NCBI GenBank assembly: GCA_900088475.1 | Contig: FLMG01004608.1 | Span: 1 to 53,806 of the forward strand | Reading direction: 5' to 3' | Origin: Hyphochytrium catenoides | Lineage: Eukaryota > Protista > Hyphochytriomycota | Length of the DNA: 53,806 bases | Translations under genes and position numbers: made by a program | Notes under the pieces: generated by a model | Told to the model about the DNA's origin: nothing | Database searches by the model: none | What the model saw: the letters and a program-made list of their open reading frames with translations, nothing else | Shown: in pieces, positions 11,391 through 23,400 of the stretch | How positions within the stretch are numbered: position 1 is the first letter of the stretch | Layout: each line of letters starts with the position of its first letter

Positions 11391-12461
11391 ATGTCGCACT
11401 ACATGAGGCCTTCCCATCAAGGCACGCATCCGACGGGCGACGCTCCTAACCTCTTGACAACGACACCGTCGTTGACGACATTGGAAGAGGGTGAGAGAGA
11501 AGATGCTTCTACAGTGCCTTCCTCTACTTCGCTCTCTCCGGACCTTGGGACTCCAGCCAGTTCGCAAGAGAATGCTCCTACGATAGTGATAGACCATATT
11601 TCGGCGGCAGATGAGCAACGGCAAGGAGCACCACCGAAAACTGAAAGCAGCGGTCGCACAGTCGTCAGCGCGAGCTCAGCTACAGAAGCCAACTGTCTGA
11701 CCCCAGTGCATTCATTCCTTGTGGAAGACTGCCAGGGAAATTATGTGACTCCGCCAAACAGCGGGCACTGGGTGCCGCAGCCTCAGCAGCAGCAGCGCGA
11801 CGCTACGGGCCCTCCATTAAAGAAGGCGATGGCTCTCCCCAGCAATCTCAGCGGCAACTCTCTTGGCAGGCGATTCTCCTCTTCAGTGCCCCCTAATGGT
11901 TCTTGGGCGGTAGCTCATAGTCCCACAGATAGTACAGGTTCAGAAGAAGACGTGCGTGCCGTCTATGCGTACTGTGATGATAATACTGAGCACTCGACGT
12001 CTTGCTGCTCAATTCCCTTTATGAGGAAACATCCGTGGCTGGTCATGCAGATGACGCTGAATGTCTGCGTCAACATTCTTCAATTCTTAGAAGTCCTAAA
12101 CGTGTATAACTGTAAGCACTGGCTGTGCGGCGGTGTGCCCGGACTCTTGTTCTGTTTCTCTTTCATAAATTTCTTATTTCTCTGTCACGAGAAACCTGTT
12201 ATGATCCCCACCATCATGACTCATCTGTTTGGCTTTTTGGGTGCCATCTTCTGGGATTTCGAGAGATGGAATGTGGACACGAGGCACAGGACGGAGTATT
12301 ATGACACCCATGACCTCTATGCTGGAAACCTATGGCTGCTGAACTTTTGGAACTTTGCTTACCTCTGCTACCTGAAGCCAAGCTTTGCTGCTGCTGTTGC
12401 CTATCGCCGTCATCATCATTACCATCAACATCACCTACAAGCAGAAGGAGGGGATGCGTAG
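11391..12461 (+). CDS. Hypothetical membrane protein, 356 aa: disordered S/T/P-rich N-terminus, ~4 C-terminal hydrophobic segments, His-rich tail
   Basis: Long single-exon ORF starting at ATG. Hydrophobic stretches WLVMQMTLNVCVNILQFLEVL, GGVPGLLFCFSFINFLFLC, IPTIMTHLFGFLGAIFW, LWLLNFWNFAYLCYL; tail RRHHHYHQHH. Confidence 0.75.
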   Translation: MSHYMRPSHQGTHPTGDAPNLLTTTPSLTTLEEGEREDASTVPSSTSLSPDLGTPASSQENAPTIVIDHISAADEQRQGAPPKTESSGRTVVSASSATEANCLTPVHSFLVEDCQGNYVTPPNSGHWVPQPQQQQRDATGPPLKKAMALPSNLSGNSLGRRFSSSVPPNGSWAVAHSPTDSTGSEEDVRAVYAYCDDNTEHSTSCCSIPFMRKHPWLVMQMTLNVCVNILQFLEVLNVYNCKHWLCGGVPGLLFCFSFINFLFLCHEKPVMIPTIMTHLFGFLGAIFWDFERWNVDTRHRTEYYDTHDLYAGNLWLLNFWNFAYLCYLKPSFAAAVAYRRHHHYHQHHLQAEGGDA

Positions 12462-13130
12462 CCTGGCGACATTGGGAATATTGGTGCGCGTTGTCAGCAG
12501 GGGCTAGTTCTTGCTCTCTCGCTCACTCTGCTCTTCTATCTAGTCGTACTATACTACATAGATTAGAGACCATAGATCTATTATTGTATTTAGGTGCTAA
12601 TAAGGAAAACGTTAGACTGCTGTGTCTATTATCTGATCACCTAGCCAACAAATAGTGTCTTAGTTATAGGCTAATGTTGTCTCCCTTATGAGAATACGAC
12701 CGTGCTGCTTTGCTTGCGTCCACCTGCTGGCATATTTATTTGGATGGCTGTCGCGAAGAGTGAGGTTGGCGGGTGGTCATGCCCGTAGACTATAGACCTT
12801 GCACGCTTATTACAAGGCTAACAATAGGGAAGAAGAGAAGTTCCTCTATACTTTGCAGGAGGAACTTTGCTTGTGGTTCCTCCTTCTTGGTCACAAGGAC
12901 CGATGAGAATGAGATCCCCAATGATGAGGCCATAACAAAGTGGGATATTTAAGGTATAAATATCGCGCTTAGAGCCGTTAGCGGATGATTGACCAGGCTT
13001 TATTACCGTTAGCGGGTAGAGGCCCTGTAGAAAGAACTGGAAAATGACTGTTATCTTTGGTCGGTCTTTCCTCTTGTTAGAGGCCGTTCTCTCTTGAGGT
13101 CATCCTAGATTCTGCTGCCGTCTCTACACT

Positions 13131-13148
13131 CAGCAGCAGCAGCAGCAG
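13131..13148. repeat. (CAG)6 microsatellite
   Basis: cagcagcagcagcagcag directly visible. Confidence 0.8.
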
Positions 13149-13325
13149 AGGCTCTTCGTGCTTGCCGTGTGGTTGGGTGCCTTCACATTATTCCATGCTT
13201 ACTTTGAGACAGAAGGAAGTCAAAGAAACGAGAGACAGAAAGGCAGACGCTGAAGCTTCTTCATCGGGGGCGGCGCAGAAGGGCAGTAGTCCACGGGGAT
13301 TTCCATCGTCCATTGGCAGGAACAG

Positions 13326-14366
13326 ATGTTGGATAGCTCAGTGATCTTCCAGTGGGCAGCGAGCTTTACGGCTCTGCTGCTCAGCCTATCCTACCTCCTT
13401 GCCCCTTACTCCCTCTTCTTCTCCAATGTTGCATACAAGGCGCACGTCTTCGCCGAAGGCGTGGTGGTCATGCTCCTCTCGTCAGACAAGAGCTGGGAGC
13501 CTTATCCGGATGTTGATGCTATAAAAGGCCGCGTCAAGGCCACGAAGCGAATAGTCTTCATCCGCCACGGTGAATCCGAATGGAACTTGGTCTTTAACAA
13601 GGGCTTTGGACCAAGCTTCTTTATTCGACTAGTCAGCGCTATCGTCAAAGAGTTCTTATTGCTAGGCACAAGAGACTCAATATTCGTGGACTCTTCCTTG
13701 AGCTTTGAAGGCGTGGAGCAGGCTATGCAACTGAAGCAGTATTTAGAGACAACCAGACTAGAAAAGGCAGGCAACGGAGAAACTGGCAATGTCTTGTCTA
13801 TGCTGAACGGAGACAACAAGCATGACTCTGTGCTTGTCTCCTCGAATCTCCGAAGAGCTCTTGAGACAGGGACGATTGCTCTTCAGGCACGCTTGCAAAG
13901 ACACCAGGAGAAAGTTCACATTCTCTCTTCTCTGCAGGAAGTGAGCAGGAACGTTGATGCAAATGCGCTGGCAGAGCCTCACGGAGTGCCTGATATCGCT
14001 AAGATCAAGCCTCACATGTTCGCGGAATGGGACATGCATAAGTACTACGATGTCTCTGCGAACTACGGGCAGAAGTCCATCCAGAGCAATGGGCTGATTC
14101 GGATGCTTTCATTCTGTCAATGGGCCTTTGATAGAGAAGAAGAGACCATTATCGTGGCTTCTGGCCACTCTCTCTGGCTGCGTTTCTTCTTCAAGACTTT
14201 CTTCCCTATTTCAGCCATAGATAAGTACGATGCTAAGAAGAGGAAGGTCACTAACTGTGGAGTGGTCGTCTTTGAATTGGGCAAGGGGACGCACCAAGGG
14301 AAGACGCTGTATAGAATCAACCCTGACAGCATCAAACTTATCAGAGGGAGCTTCTCATCTAAGTGA
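13326..14366 (+). CDS. Histidine phosphatase / phosphoglycerate mutase-like protein with N-terminal signal or membrane anchor, intronless
   Basis: Catalytic IVFIRHGESEWN motif, VSSNLRRALET, LQE, second His in VASGHSLWLR, late NCGVV; hydrophobic N-terminus. Confidence 0.9.
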   Translation: MLDSSVIFQWAASFTALLLSLSYLLAPYSLFFSNVAYKAHVFAEGVVVMLLSSDKSWEPYPDVDAIKGRVKATKRIVFIRHGESEWNLVFNKGFGPSFFIRLVSAIVKEFLLLGTRDSIFVDSSLSFEGVEQAMQLKQYLETTRLEKAGNGETGNVLSMLNGDNKHDSVLVSSNLRRALETGTIALQARLQRHQEKVHILSSLQEVSRNVDANALAEPHGVPDIAKIKPHMFAEWDMHKYYDVSANYGQKSIQSNGLIRMLSFCQWAFDREEETIIVASGHSLWLRFFFKTFFPISAIDKYDAKKRKVTNCGVVVFELGKGTHQGKTLYRINPDSIKLIRGSFSSK

Positions 14367-14847
14367 AAATCATAGTCTGATAAGAGGATAGGCATGATCG
14401 GCATTGAAGCAGAGAAAGGGAGAAGGAACGAGCGTGAGAAAATGTCGGAGAAAGGCGAGGATGATAGAAAGAGGTTCATAGAGGGGCATAGGATGTGTCC
14501 ACTCTAGGCGGGATATAGGTTTAGCGGGAGCGTAAGAAAGAAAGCAAAGCACTTTATTGTTGGACAGAGTCTGAACTGTCGATATCCTATTGGCAGTCAG
14601 GGAAAAAGGTCACCAAGCAGGACTCCTGCTGAGTCGCCAACAGGATCTCCCGTTGCTTCCTACTCTCTGAGAACATGCTTTAGATACTCAGATTGTCTTA
14701 GTGTCCGTGATCTCTCTCTATTCGGCCTCGTTGGTGCTGGATGTGGCAACACTCTCCTTCTGTCCCATTTCTCTCTGACGCAGAGCTGCTCGTTTTTGAG
14801 TTTGTCTCTCATATGTCTTCTGAAGTCTCTCGGTTTCCTAGTAGCTC

Positions 14848-17374
14848 CTAGAGCGTGGCGCTGAAGACAGGATTGTGTCTGGCGATTCGTGGACCTTCCT
14901 CTTCATATTGTGCCTTCGTATGGCACACCCTATAACCGAACCATAAGCAGTTAGAGGAACCGAGAAAAGGAGAAAGCTGCGAGACAATCGCTGCATAACG
15001 ATTGATCCAGGTGCGGAAGTTCATGTCACTAGAATGTCGGGTTTTTTGGGAAGATGGCAAAAAGCTAACGGAAAAGAGTATCCTAATTGTGGCTTCGGCT
15101 GTACGGAGAAAGGGTCGATATTATCTCTCTACCTGTAGAATTCAGGGGTAGCGGCCAGCATGCTGCCTCCAAACCACACGGCAAACCTTTGCATATGATG
15201 GCTGATGACATTAACATCCAGGGGTTGGAACTGGAGGTTCTTCACATGTTTCTGCGACCGATCGAGAGGAACGAGCGAAGAAACAGAAGGTGCCAGGCAC
15301 GAGTGAGAACAATACCATCAAGAAGGCGTCAGGGCACGGCGCGCTGACCTTGGCAATGGAATAAGAATATGACATCACAGGAAGAGAGAGAAGTAGTGAG
15401 TAGAAGGAAAAGCGGCTCCAAATGGTCATACCTTCATGGCCTCCACATTCGCGCTTTGTCTGTCGTCGACTCTCCGCTTGATGTCTCGCTGCACTCGACG
15501 TCCGAAGTCCTTGAACATTGTCGTCCCGCCAGACAGCACAATATTCTTATATAGCCCTCTTCTAGTGTCGATTGGGCACGCTAAGATAGCATCGTCCACC
15601 ACCTAGCATAACCGCACCAAGGAGATAAAAGGATTGAGGGATTGCCAGGAGGTTGAGTGAGGCAATTCTAGTAGCGCATTGGGTGGTAAAGAGCAGACAA
15701 GTGCCAAGAGAGACGAAAGAAGCTAATGGAGCTCGATGCGAAACAGCCAAACCAGGATAAAGCGCCGAAGTAAACAGGCAACTGCAGAAATAACAGATTC
15801 ATGTGTGCGAACCTACAACCTAGAGCAGGGAAATGTGTGAAGATTAACAGCAAGTGCATTGATAGGTCCAGGTCCAGTAGACAAACGTCGGAAGCATCCC
15901 CAGGATATCTTACTTCAGGCAGAGGAGTGAGCCAATCCGTACTGAAGATTTCTGGGTTGAAGAAGATCTCCGGACCAAGAAACCTCTCGTAGCCAATATC
16001 AATTGTCCAGGGCTGCTTCGTTCTAGGGTTTATCTCCTAAAAGAAGAGTGTGATTTGAGATAGCTATCAATTAAAGAAAGCATAACACAGAAGGTTCTAG
16101 CCGACGTGGACTTGGAAGAGGAAGGAGCCAACTCTGAGCGTGGGGAATAGCGCAGAGATCCAAATGAGTGGAAGACAGAGCCAAGCAGACACAGCAGCAG
16201 CCACGAGAGGGCTTGTACTAGAGTGGAAGACTTAGAAATTTCCTCACCGTGTGCGTCCTAAAGTACTTCTCTGGTTTCTCGTCGAACTTACGATACTCCT
16301 TCACGATGTCAGGGCAGACGTACGAATGCATCTCCTTCACGCGTTTAGCAACCTCTAAAGAATCTTCCGGTGGTACTGACTCTCCTCTATCTCGGAGAAG
16401 TTTCTGCAGCAGTGGCCGCCAAATGTAAAGACAGAGGTGAGTAGGAAAGGCGGTATCGATGGGACGTAAAGACGGAAGAGACACAGGAACAGAAAGAAGG
16501 CAAAGGAAAGACCCCATTCTTATAGAGAGATAAAGATAAGGAGTCTCTCGAAGCAGTCCGCTACTGCATTACCTGTATGAAGTTAGTAATGTCGCGGCCT
16601 GCAAGCGGGACTGACTTGATACAGCTACCGATGACATAACCTTCGGCAACAGGAATAACGTGCGTCACTCCGTCTCCAGAATCAATGACACATCCCGTTA
16701 ATGACCTCTCTGTGACCTGATGCAGCCATGTAAGCGCTTATGGGCCGAACAGGATTAAGGGTTCTGTGTGTTACCTGTTTCGATGTCCAGGAGGCCGCCA
16801 ACGCCAGGACAGCCTGTACGGCAATATAAAGACCAGGGACGTTGAAGGTCTCAAACATGATCTCTGCTGTGTATTCCCTATTTTCCTATAGCAATGGCCA
16901 TTCGCAAAATAAGCGGTGGGTAAGGTCTGGACGACGTGAAGGGGGCAGGGTACTTACGGGTGTGTTCAATGGGGGCTCAGTGAGAAGCATATAATGCTCC
17001 TCCGGCTCACAGCGAAGGTATTGAAAGATACATCGCTGCCAAACCTTCTCCATATTATCCCAGTTCTCTACTATACCGTGCTTGATGGGATAGTTGATTT
17101 GGTGTGTTGAGGCGTGGGACAACGCCTCATCTCCAATGTAAAAGTCAAGATCATCGATGCCGCTGCTTCGAACGAAATCACTGGCGGCGCTCGTAGCGTT
17201 GGCTATTAATGAGGGCACGATGTAGCTAGGCTCAAGGTTGCCGGCATACCCCATCTTGGTGTAGCTGAGGAAGCATTCGTTAGACATGTGGCAAGATGCC
17301 CCCAAACTGGTGAAAATATACCCGGCCCCTTACCCTGTGCCATTGTCGATCACAACCGCCGGCTTGTGCGACAT
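14848..17374 (-). CDS. ARP3: Actin-related protein 3 (Arp2/3 complex), 9 exons
   Basis: Exons 17374-17334, 17264-16958, 16885-16775, 16716-16573, 16403-16248, 16036-15914, 15602-15432, 15251-15133, 14929-14848. Translation contains [97 protein letters not shown] and [21 protein letters not shown], which are Arp3-type rather than actin. Confidence 0.97.
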
Positions 17375-17950
17375 GGTTAATGGTCGACCGCTTCTCGCGA
17401 ATATATAATTGGAGTATCGGCTACCGGGCACTAAGCTTGATACTGCTTGGACAGAGCGCGTCTCCCTATTGTGAAGCTTCAGAAGCCGATGACGAAGCTT
17501 CATCAGACAGAAAGATTGCATCTTGAGCTCCAAAAAGGAGGAGGATGATTCTGCTCTTGAAAGATTTTCTTGTCTAACTTGTCCATACAGTCGGGGGGGT
17601 TACTGAGAGCTAGCTAGATTCATAATAGCATAACGCCATATTAGCTAGATACAGAATAATAGTAATTAGCATTCCTGATAAATGAATAGATCAAAGATTG
17701 AGGATCAATAAGGATTTTGAAGTGATAACCTTTCTCAGCCGTGTTCCAAGGTGCTTCGCCTCCTGTTGAAGTCACGCCAAGTCTCAACGATCTCTCCACA
17801 TCCGCAGCTGCCATCTTTCCCTTTACCTTATGTATGCAAGTGTGGACATGAGAAGAGCGAGAAGCTCTTGGTGCAGCTATTTAACATCCGAACGGAATAC
17901 TCTATGTGGCCGCTGTGGAATGCTGATTAGCTGCGTCTGACATCAGCAGA

Positions 17951-19318
17951 ATGATAGAGATCCCTCTATTCTCTGCGGACGACGAAGGAGATGGTGATGT
18001 TTACATAGATGAAAATGCGTGGCAAGAGCACCGAGGCCACGCCAAAAGGCTGGACTGGCGGGAAACTATTTCTGGGATCAGCAAGATTATGCTTGGAGCC
18101 CTGGCTCTCTGTGGGTTTGTAGTGACGCTTGCCAGCTACATTCCATCAAGCAGGGAATATGCCTCCCTGTGGATGGTCCCTTCGGTCAGGGACCAAGCGA
18201 CTATGGTGACAGTTGTTGGTCCACCGGGTGCTGAGGATCTCTGTGGAGGCGTAGTCGATATCAAACTCTCCTCTCTAAGATCAGTCACGGCAACGTACGG
18301 GATACCGGCAAATGCAGCCTACCCAGGACAGGGTCGTGGCTCTAACAGGATTGTGCCTGCAGAGTTTATGGCCTCCGCGTTGGCTGCCACCGCTTCAGAG
18401 GAGCAGTTGACCAGTATCAACGTTAAAGTCGCAGGGGGTATTAAAATATCGATTGTGCAGAGCGTTCTGGTGCAAGAGCTAGGTCTAAAAGCATTGATAG
18501 AAGGCAGCCTTCTTTACAGATGCGCTCATGCAGCATCAACATTGAATCCTCTGTCCCACAAGCTATTAAGCGCAGACTGCCTCACGCCTGATTCGATGTC
18601 CTTTGGTGGCCCTGAATGCCCCGATGGTCTCTTAGTGGATGTGAAGTCTGTCAGAGAGGCTATGGGCGGAAGTCAGGAAGTCAATCTAACGGCATACCCT
18701 ACGTGGAGGACGTTTTGTCAGTATCTCTCGATGGAGTTTTTCTCTCATGAACGACAAGGAGACTGTGCCTTTGACAAGAAGCTTTCGCAAGACGAAGAAG
18801 AAGGTGGGTGCAACTCGGGCTGTGTGATCTCTACGCTAGGCGAGAGATATAGTGCCTGTCACGGAGCTTCCAAGCCTCGTTATGCGGCGTGTGAAGCTAT
18901 GCCGGCGGACTTCCTGCAGTCAGTAAGCACAGGAAGAGGCTGACATGTAACGCTCGACGTTCCCGAGACTATCTAAGACTAGGAGGACGTTGGCCTATTC
19001 TATGACGTTCAAGAGCATCATCACACTCCAAAGGTTCAGCCCCTTTGCTTCAGATGATGAACCTGCAAGGTGTTGCAAAGTTGCAAGCGAAGAGCGTAGA
19101 GTCTTCGAGGTTGGCAAGGGAGCCCGAGTGAAATTTCATTCTGCTCTTTTCTGCCAGTGTCTAAGGGTGGCAATTGATTCTGCATGTACCCAGTGGAGCG
19201 GCCCAGAGTTCTCTCGGTCCTTTGCATTTTAGTAAATTTGAGGGAGTCGAAGTGTGACCAATGGAACTGTCCTCTACCACTGATGATGAAGTTCACCGAC
19301 AGCTGTAATATACCATGA
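17951..19318 (+). CDS. Hypothetical Cys-rich protein with one N-proximal transmembrane segment
   Basis: Long first exon 17951-18922 (donor gtaagc); likely second exon from 18978; possible third exon 19233-19318. TM segment IMLGALALCGFVVTLASYI followed by many Cys residues. 3' structure tentative. Confidence 0.6.
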
Positions 19319-19924
19319 CTGTTACCGATGCGAGCTGCATGGTCCCAAACGTATATCTTGCACTTTACGGCTCCCGCTTGACCAGGAGGTGTCAAACGAA
19401 GTCGCTGTTCTCTCCCACCTGGTTCGACCCCCTCCTCCTTTCTTCTACTGCGTCTCTTCTCCGTAGAGCTTCTTATCCTGCATGTCGCATCTCTTTCTTT
19501 CTCTCGTCTGGCGCTGTCAGCGCTCTATATTTCCTTCAGTGACCTCGCTGTTTGTCTCCTGCTGGGCTGGATATCTTAGTAGAACTACACTATTGCAGCA
19601 TTAGGTCAAAGGACAGGAGGCTGCGGAGCGCAAGATCTCCCACTTCACCATGTAACGCCAAGCTAACCTGAAAATGCCCTATATTAAGCCTTAGGGAGAA
19701 ACTTATGGTGCGAGTTGCCTATTATTAATGTTATATTACTGTGTTAACAACCTGATAGGGCAGCAGGCTAACCTGATAAAGTCGCATGAGTCCGTTTGCA
19801 GCTGGATCCGAAGAATATTGGATCTGTGTTCGGATCTTCACGGGGCGATTCTGATGATGCTGCCGGAAGGAGAGAAGCATGACTCTTCTTTGTCCTGCCT
19901 CCTCTTGCTTGTCTGTCTCATCTT

Positions 19925-19992
19925 GTGTCTCTCTCTCTCTGGTCTTTCCCCTTCTCTCAACTCACTGTCTCTTTCTCTTTAACGCTCTCTTA

Positions 19993-20041
<49 letters not shown>

Positions 20042-20060
20042 TCTGTGTTTCTTTCTCTTG
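19925..20060. repeat. (CT)n microsatellite/low-complexity tract
   Basis: Visible CT runs. Confidence 0.85.
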
Positions 20061-20491
20061 CATGCGCTGCTCTCCCTTATACTCTTTCTCATGTCCCTTC
20101 TCCCCGAACACCCGGCCCGCCCGGTGTCGCGTGCGCTCTCTCGCTCACTCCTTCTCTAAGTAATCCTTTACTTCCTCTCTTCTCTCTCTTTCGGTTATCT
20201 TTCTTCTATCTTTCATCTCTACTCTTTTATGGACCTGATTCCCCTGTATCTTCTTCGACGGGTTTCTTGTTTGCTTGTGACTCCTCTAACGGAGAACAGA
20301 GGCTTCCTTGCTGCTCTCAGATCTCAGTCCCAAGTATTGAAAAAACAGCTCCCCCGGTCCTGGCTTTCCTGCTCTCACTCTATCGAGAGCCAGACTTTTC
20401 AGCATGTTTAGCCAGGCAGGGAAGGCTAGCCAACCTTGACTAACAATAATCAAGGACAGAGGATAGCTAAGACAACTTGGAACCAACAGAG

Positions 20492-23400
20492 ATGGCAACT
20501 GGTCGATGGTCATCCGGTCGTCAACAGCCCAGGTTAGGACCCGTAAGGTCGGTTATGAACCGGGGACCCTGGCTCTTGAGGGTCCTGGCCCCAGTGCTTC
20601 TCTTCTTGGCTATATGGCCATTCCTTCTTCTTCAGTGGAGAGCTCCGTCTCCCTTCTCCATCCCTGCCCTCCGCAAGGCTTGGCAAGCATCCTTCCCATT
20701 CTTCCCTTCCTCGAAGAAGGAGAAAATGATACGCCCTCAGGACCTTGAAGCATTAGAGGTACTCCAGGCTGTGTGCGAGAGAGAGGATATGGCAGCGAGA
20801 GAGGCATAGAGAGACACAGTAAGAAGAAAACCGAGAGAAAGGGGAGAATGGAGAGAAAAGGTGGAAGAGGGAGGGCACAGACCGATCAGGAGGCATAGTA
20901 GACTAGAAAAAGAAGCAGCAAATGACGGCGATCGTCGGTAATCCAATGCGACTTTCCTGCCAAGTTGCTGCCCAGTAATAGAACAGTCTGACTTTGAAGG
21001 GGTTTGGAGGCAGAGATTGGAGACAGATGGAGAGATGCAGACAGAGAGAACGAGGACATGAAACAGAGAGGGCAACCAAAAAATGGGATGACGGCCAAGC
21101 GACAGAGGAGCATAAGAGGGGCACCACTGCAGGGACTAATTAAGAAGGAGAACAAGAAAGAAGGACAGAACCCAGAGTGAAGAGAAGCTGATTGAGGCAA
21201 GATGATGACGTAGCTTTAGAGTAACTCACTCCTGTGCTGTCTGAACCCTCAGGAAGAAGAGGATCAGGCGCTTTGGGGACTGAATGCCTCCTCCACGGTC
21301 AGAGGAGATGAAGCTCGGAAAGTTGCTTGGAAGGGCTTCTGTTTAGGTGCTTCCTGTCGCCTTTGTTACTCTGTGGACGAGTCAGGCACATTCCTGCTTG
21401 ACTCCGTGGAGAATGGCCTCGTTAGAGAAAGGAAGTTAGGGACAGGCTTACCAAGTAAGATGCCTGTTCGCAGTCCTCCCTTTAGCCTCTCTCTTGCTGG
21501 AGAGGATGTTCGAACTACTTCCAAAAGGTTCGTTGGATCTTCTTCTATCTATCACTTCCGCTCACTGGCCACTTTTCTAGCATTTCTGGTCTTGCCAGCT
21601 TTATGGCCCAGTTCTTTATGTCTTAAGTCGCTTCTCTAGGGCTCCTACTACCTCTCTAACATTTATTCCCATCCTGCGAATCACCCTTCCCTCGCATCAC
21701 CCTTCCCTCGCAAGCCCCTAGAAGTCCTGTAGAAGAAGAGCATCTGGTACTAGAGGCCATAGAGAAAGGAACAGAGGTAACAAAGTTGCTTTTCAAGCAG
21801 CAAGGAGGTTATGGAGATGAGACTTCTTCAGGTGTCAAGCTCTCGCTATTGCTCGAAGTCCATCACCTTGAGGAGGAAAATATAGACAGGAGAGATTATT
21901 ACGGGAGCTACGTCAGGCACTCTCTTCACCTACGAGTTAGTCCGAAGAATAGCAATGAAAAGGGGGCAGAACAGGACGAGTTCTCCCTCGACGGCATACA
22001 TTTTAGAGGAGCGGAAGATCGAGAGGATCCCGAGAAGTCACCAGAACTGAGCGATCTTATCATGTTTCGGCAGAGAGCAGGGAATGAGGGTCTGGAAAGG
22101 GTTGGCACAGTAGTCGGTTCTCCGCTTGTCAACAGAGAGCTGTCCCTCTATTTTGCAGTGGAGCATCCTATGGGCAAGTGTCTAAGAAGCAAAGATGGGC
22201 TTTCCTGTGGTCTCTTTCTCTCCACTTCCCTCTCTCTACAAAAGAAGAGAGAATTCTCCCTGTCTACAGTCTTTGGAGCCTATCATCGGGGCCATTTGCG
22301 ACGCGTTATCTAGAGCAGGTGAAGTCCGCTAGCTTGCTCCTCCTCTTCGACTCCCCGACTTTGTGGGAAGCTGGTCACGACGTTTTAGGGACCCCAATTT
22401 CTAGTCTGCAAAAGCACTCACGATGCTCCTTTCTCACTAAGTTTAGCTGATAAGGCTATCTTAGCTGACAAGGCTATCGTCTTCACTCTAAGCTGATCTA
22501 AAGCTATCGTCTTCACTCTAAGCTGATCTCACAAGTGTCCTCCTACCAGTAACTCGATAAGTGGCAGTACATGCGTCCTTCTTCATGATCCAATTATTCG
22601 GAACCTTATTATCTCAAACTTACCGAGCCTCCTATGTCTCTTATCGAATTATACCTAAGGTCCGTGCGGTCCCTTACCGCCATCACTTGCATTATAACAG
22701 TTGGTATGACTTGAGGGCTCCCTCGCAGTCATTACCTTCTTCGCACTGGATGACGTCTGACAATGCCGTCAAGGCTATTGGGAAGATTCAGGTCCGTCAC
22801 CTATAACCCATTCTTGCTCTTGAGAGACCCCATTTAAAATTATCTACTCATCGGTGCTTTTTGGGTTTTACTGCTCGTCCTTACTTTGGAGGGGCATGTG
22901 CTAAACCAGCTTCTTGTCTACTTTTGATCTCCCATCCATCCCTTCGTCTGCTCATTGCCCCAGGCCGAGTTGGTAGAGAAGAGAGGAGTCACAACCTTAC
23001 GATCATTCCTCTTGGACGATGGTTGGGATAACTTCAAAACTCTATGGGATTTCTCGCGCGACAGCTTCCCCAAAGGATTCTCATCGGCTGCACTCAAAGC
23101 AGCTGAGACACAAGCTAACCTAGGAATATGGCTTTCTCCATGGGGAGGTTAGGCTATCTGACGTTTGTTGAGTTTAGCTTCGCTGCTCCTCGCCCCTGAA
23201 CTATGACATTCCTGCTATCTCTTGCCTCTTCTTATTTGTTTTTGGTGGACATTTTTTTCCTGTCGTGGCCGCGAAAATTCAGGCTATTTAGAAGCAAGGC
23301 GACAGCGGCTGCTTTATGGCAAAACTCAAGGCTTTGAGATAAATGCAAATGGATTCTCCTTGGCAGGTAAACGAGAAGAGAGACTGCAGATGAGTTTTCT

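Noticed and set aside
19400-19440. GGTTCGA T-loop-like motif
   Set aside because: No cloverleaf stems; not a tRNA.
21201-21245. ATGATGA...CTGA resembling a C/D-box snoRNA (also 8415-8494)
   Set aside because: The first is too short and overlaps the splice acceptor region; the second overlaps a stop codon. No terminal stem or recognisable guide sequence.
22445-22529. Short direct repeats as a possible CRISPR-like array
   Set aside because: Only two adjacent copies, no unique spacers, located in a eukaryotic intron.
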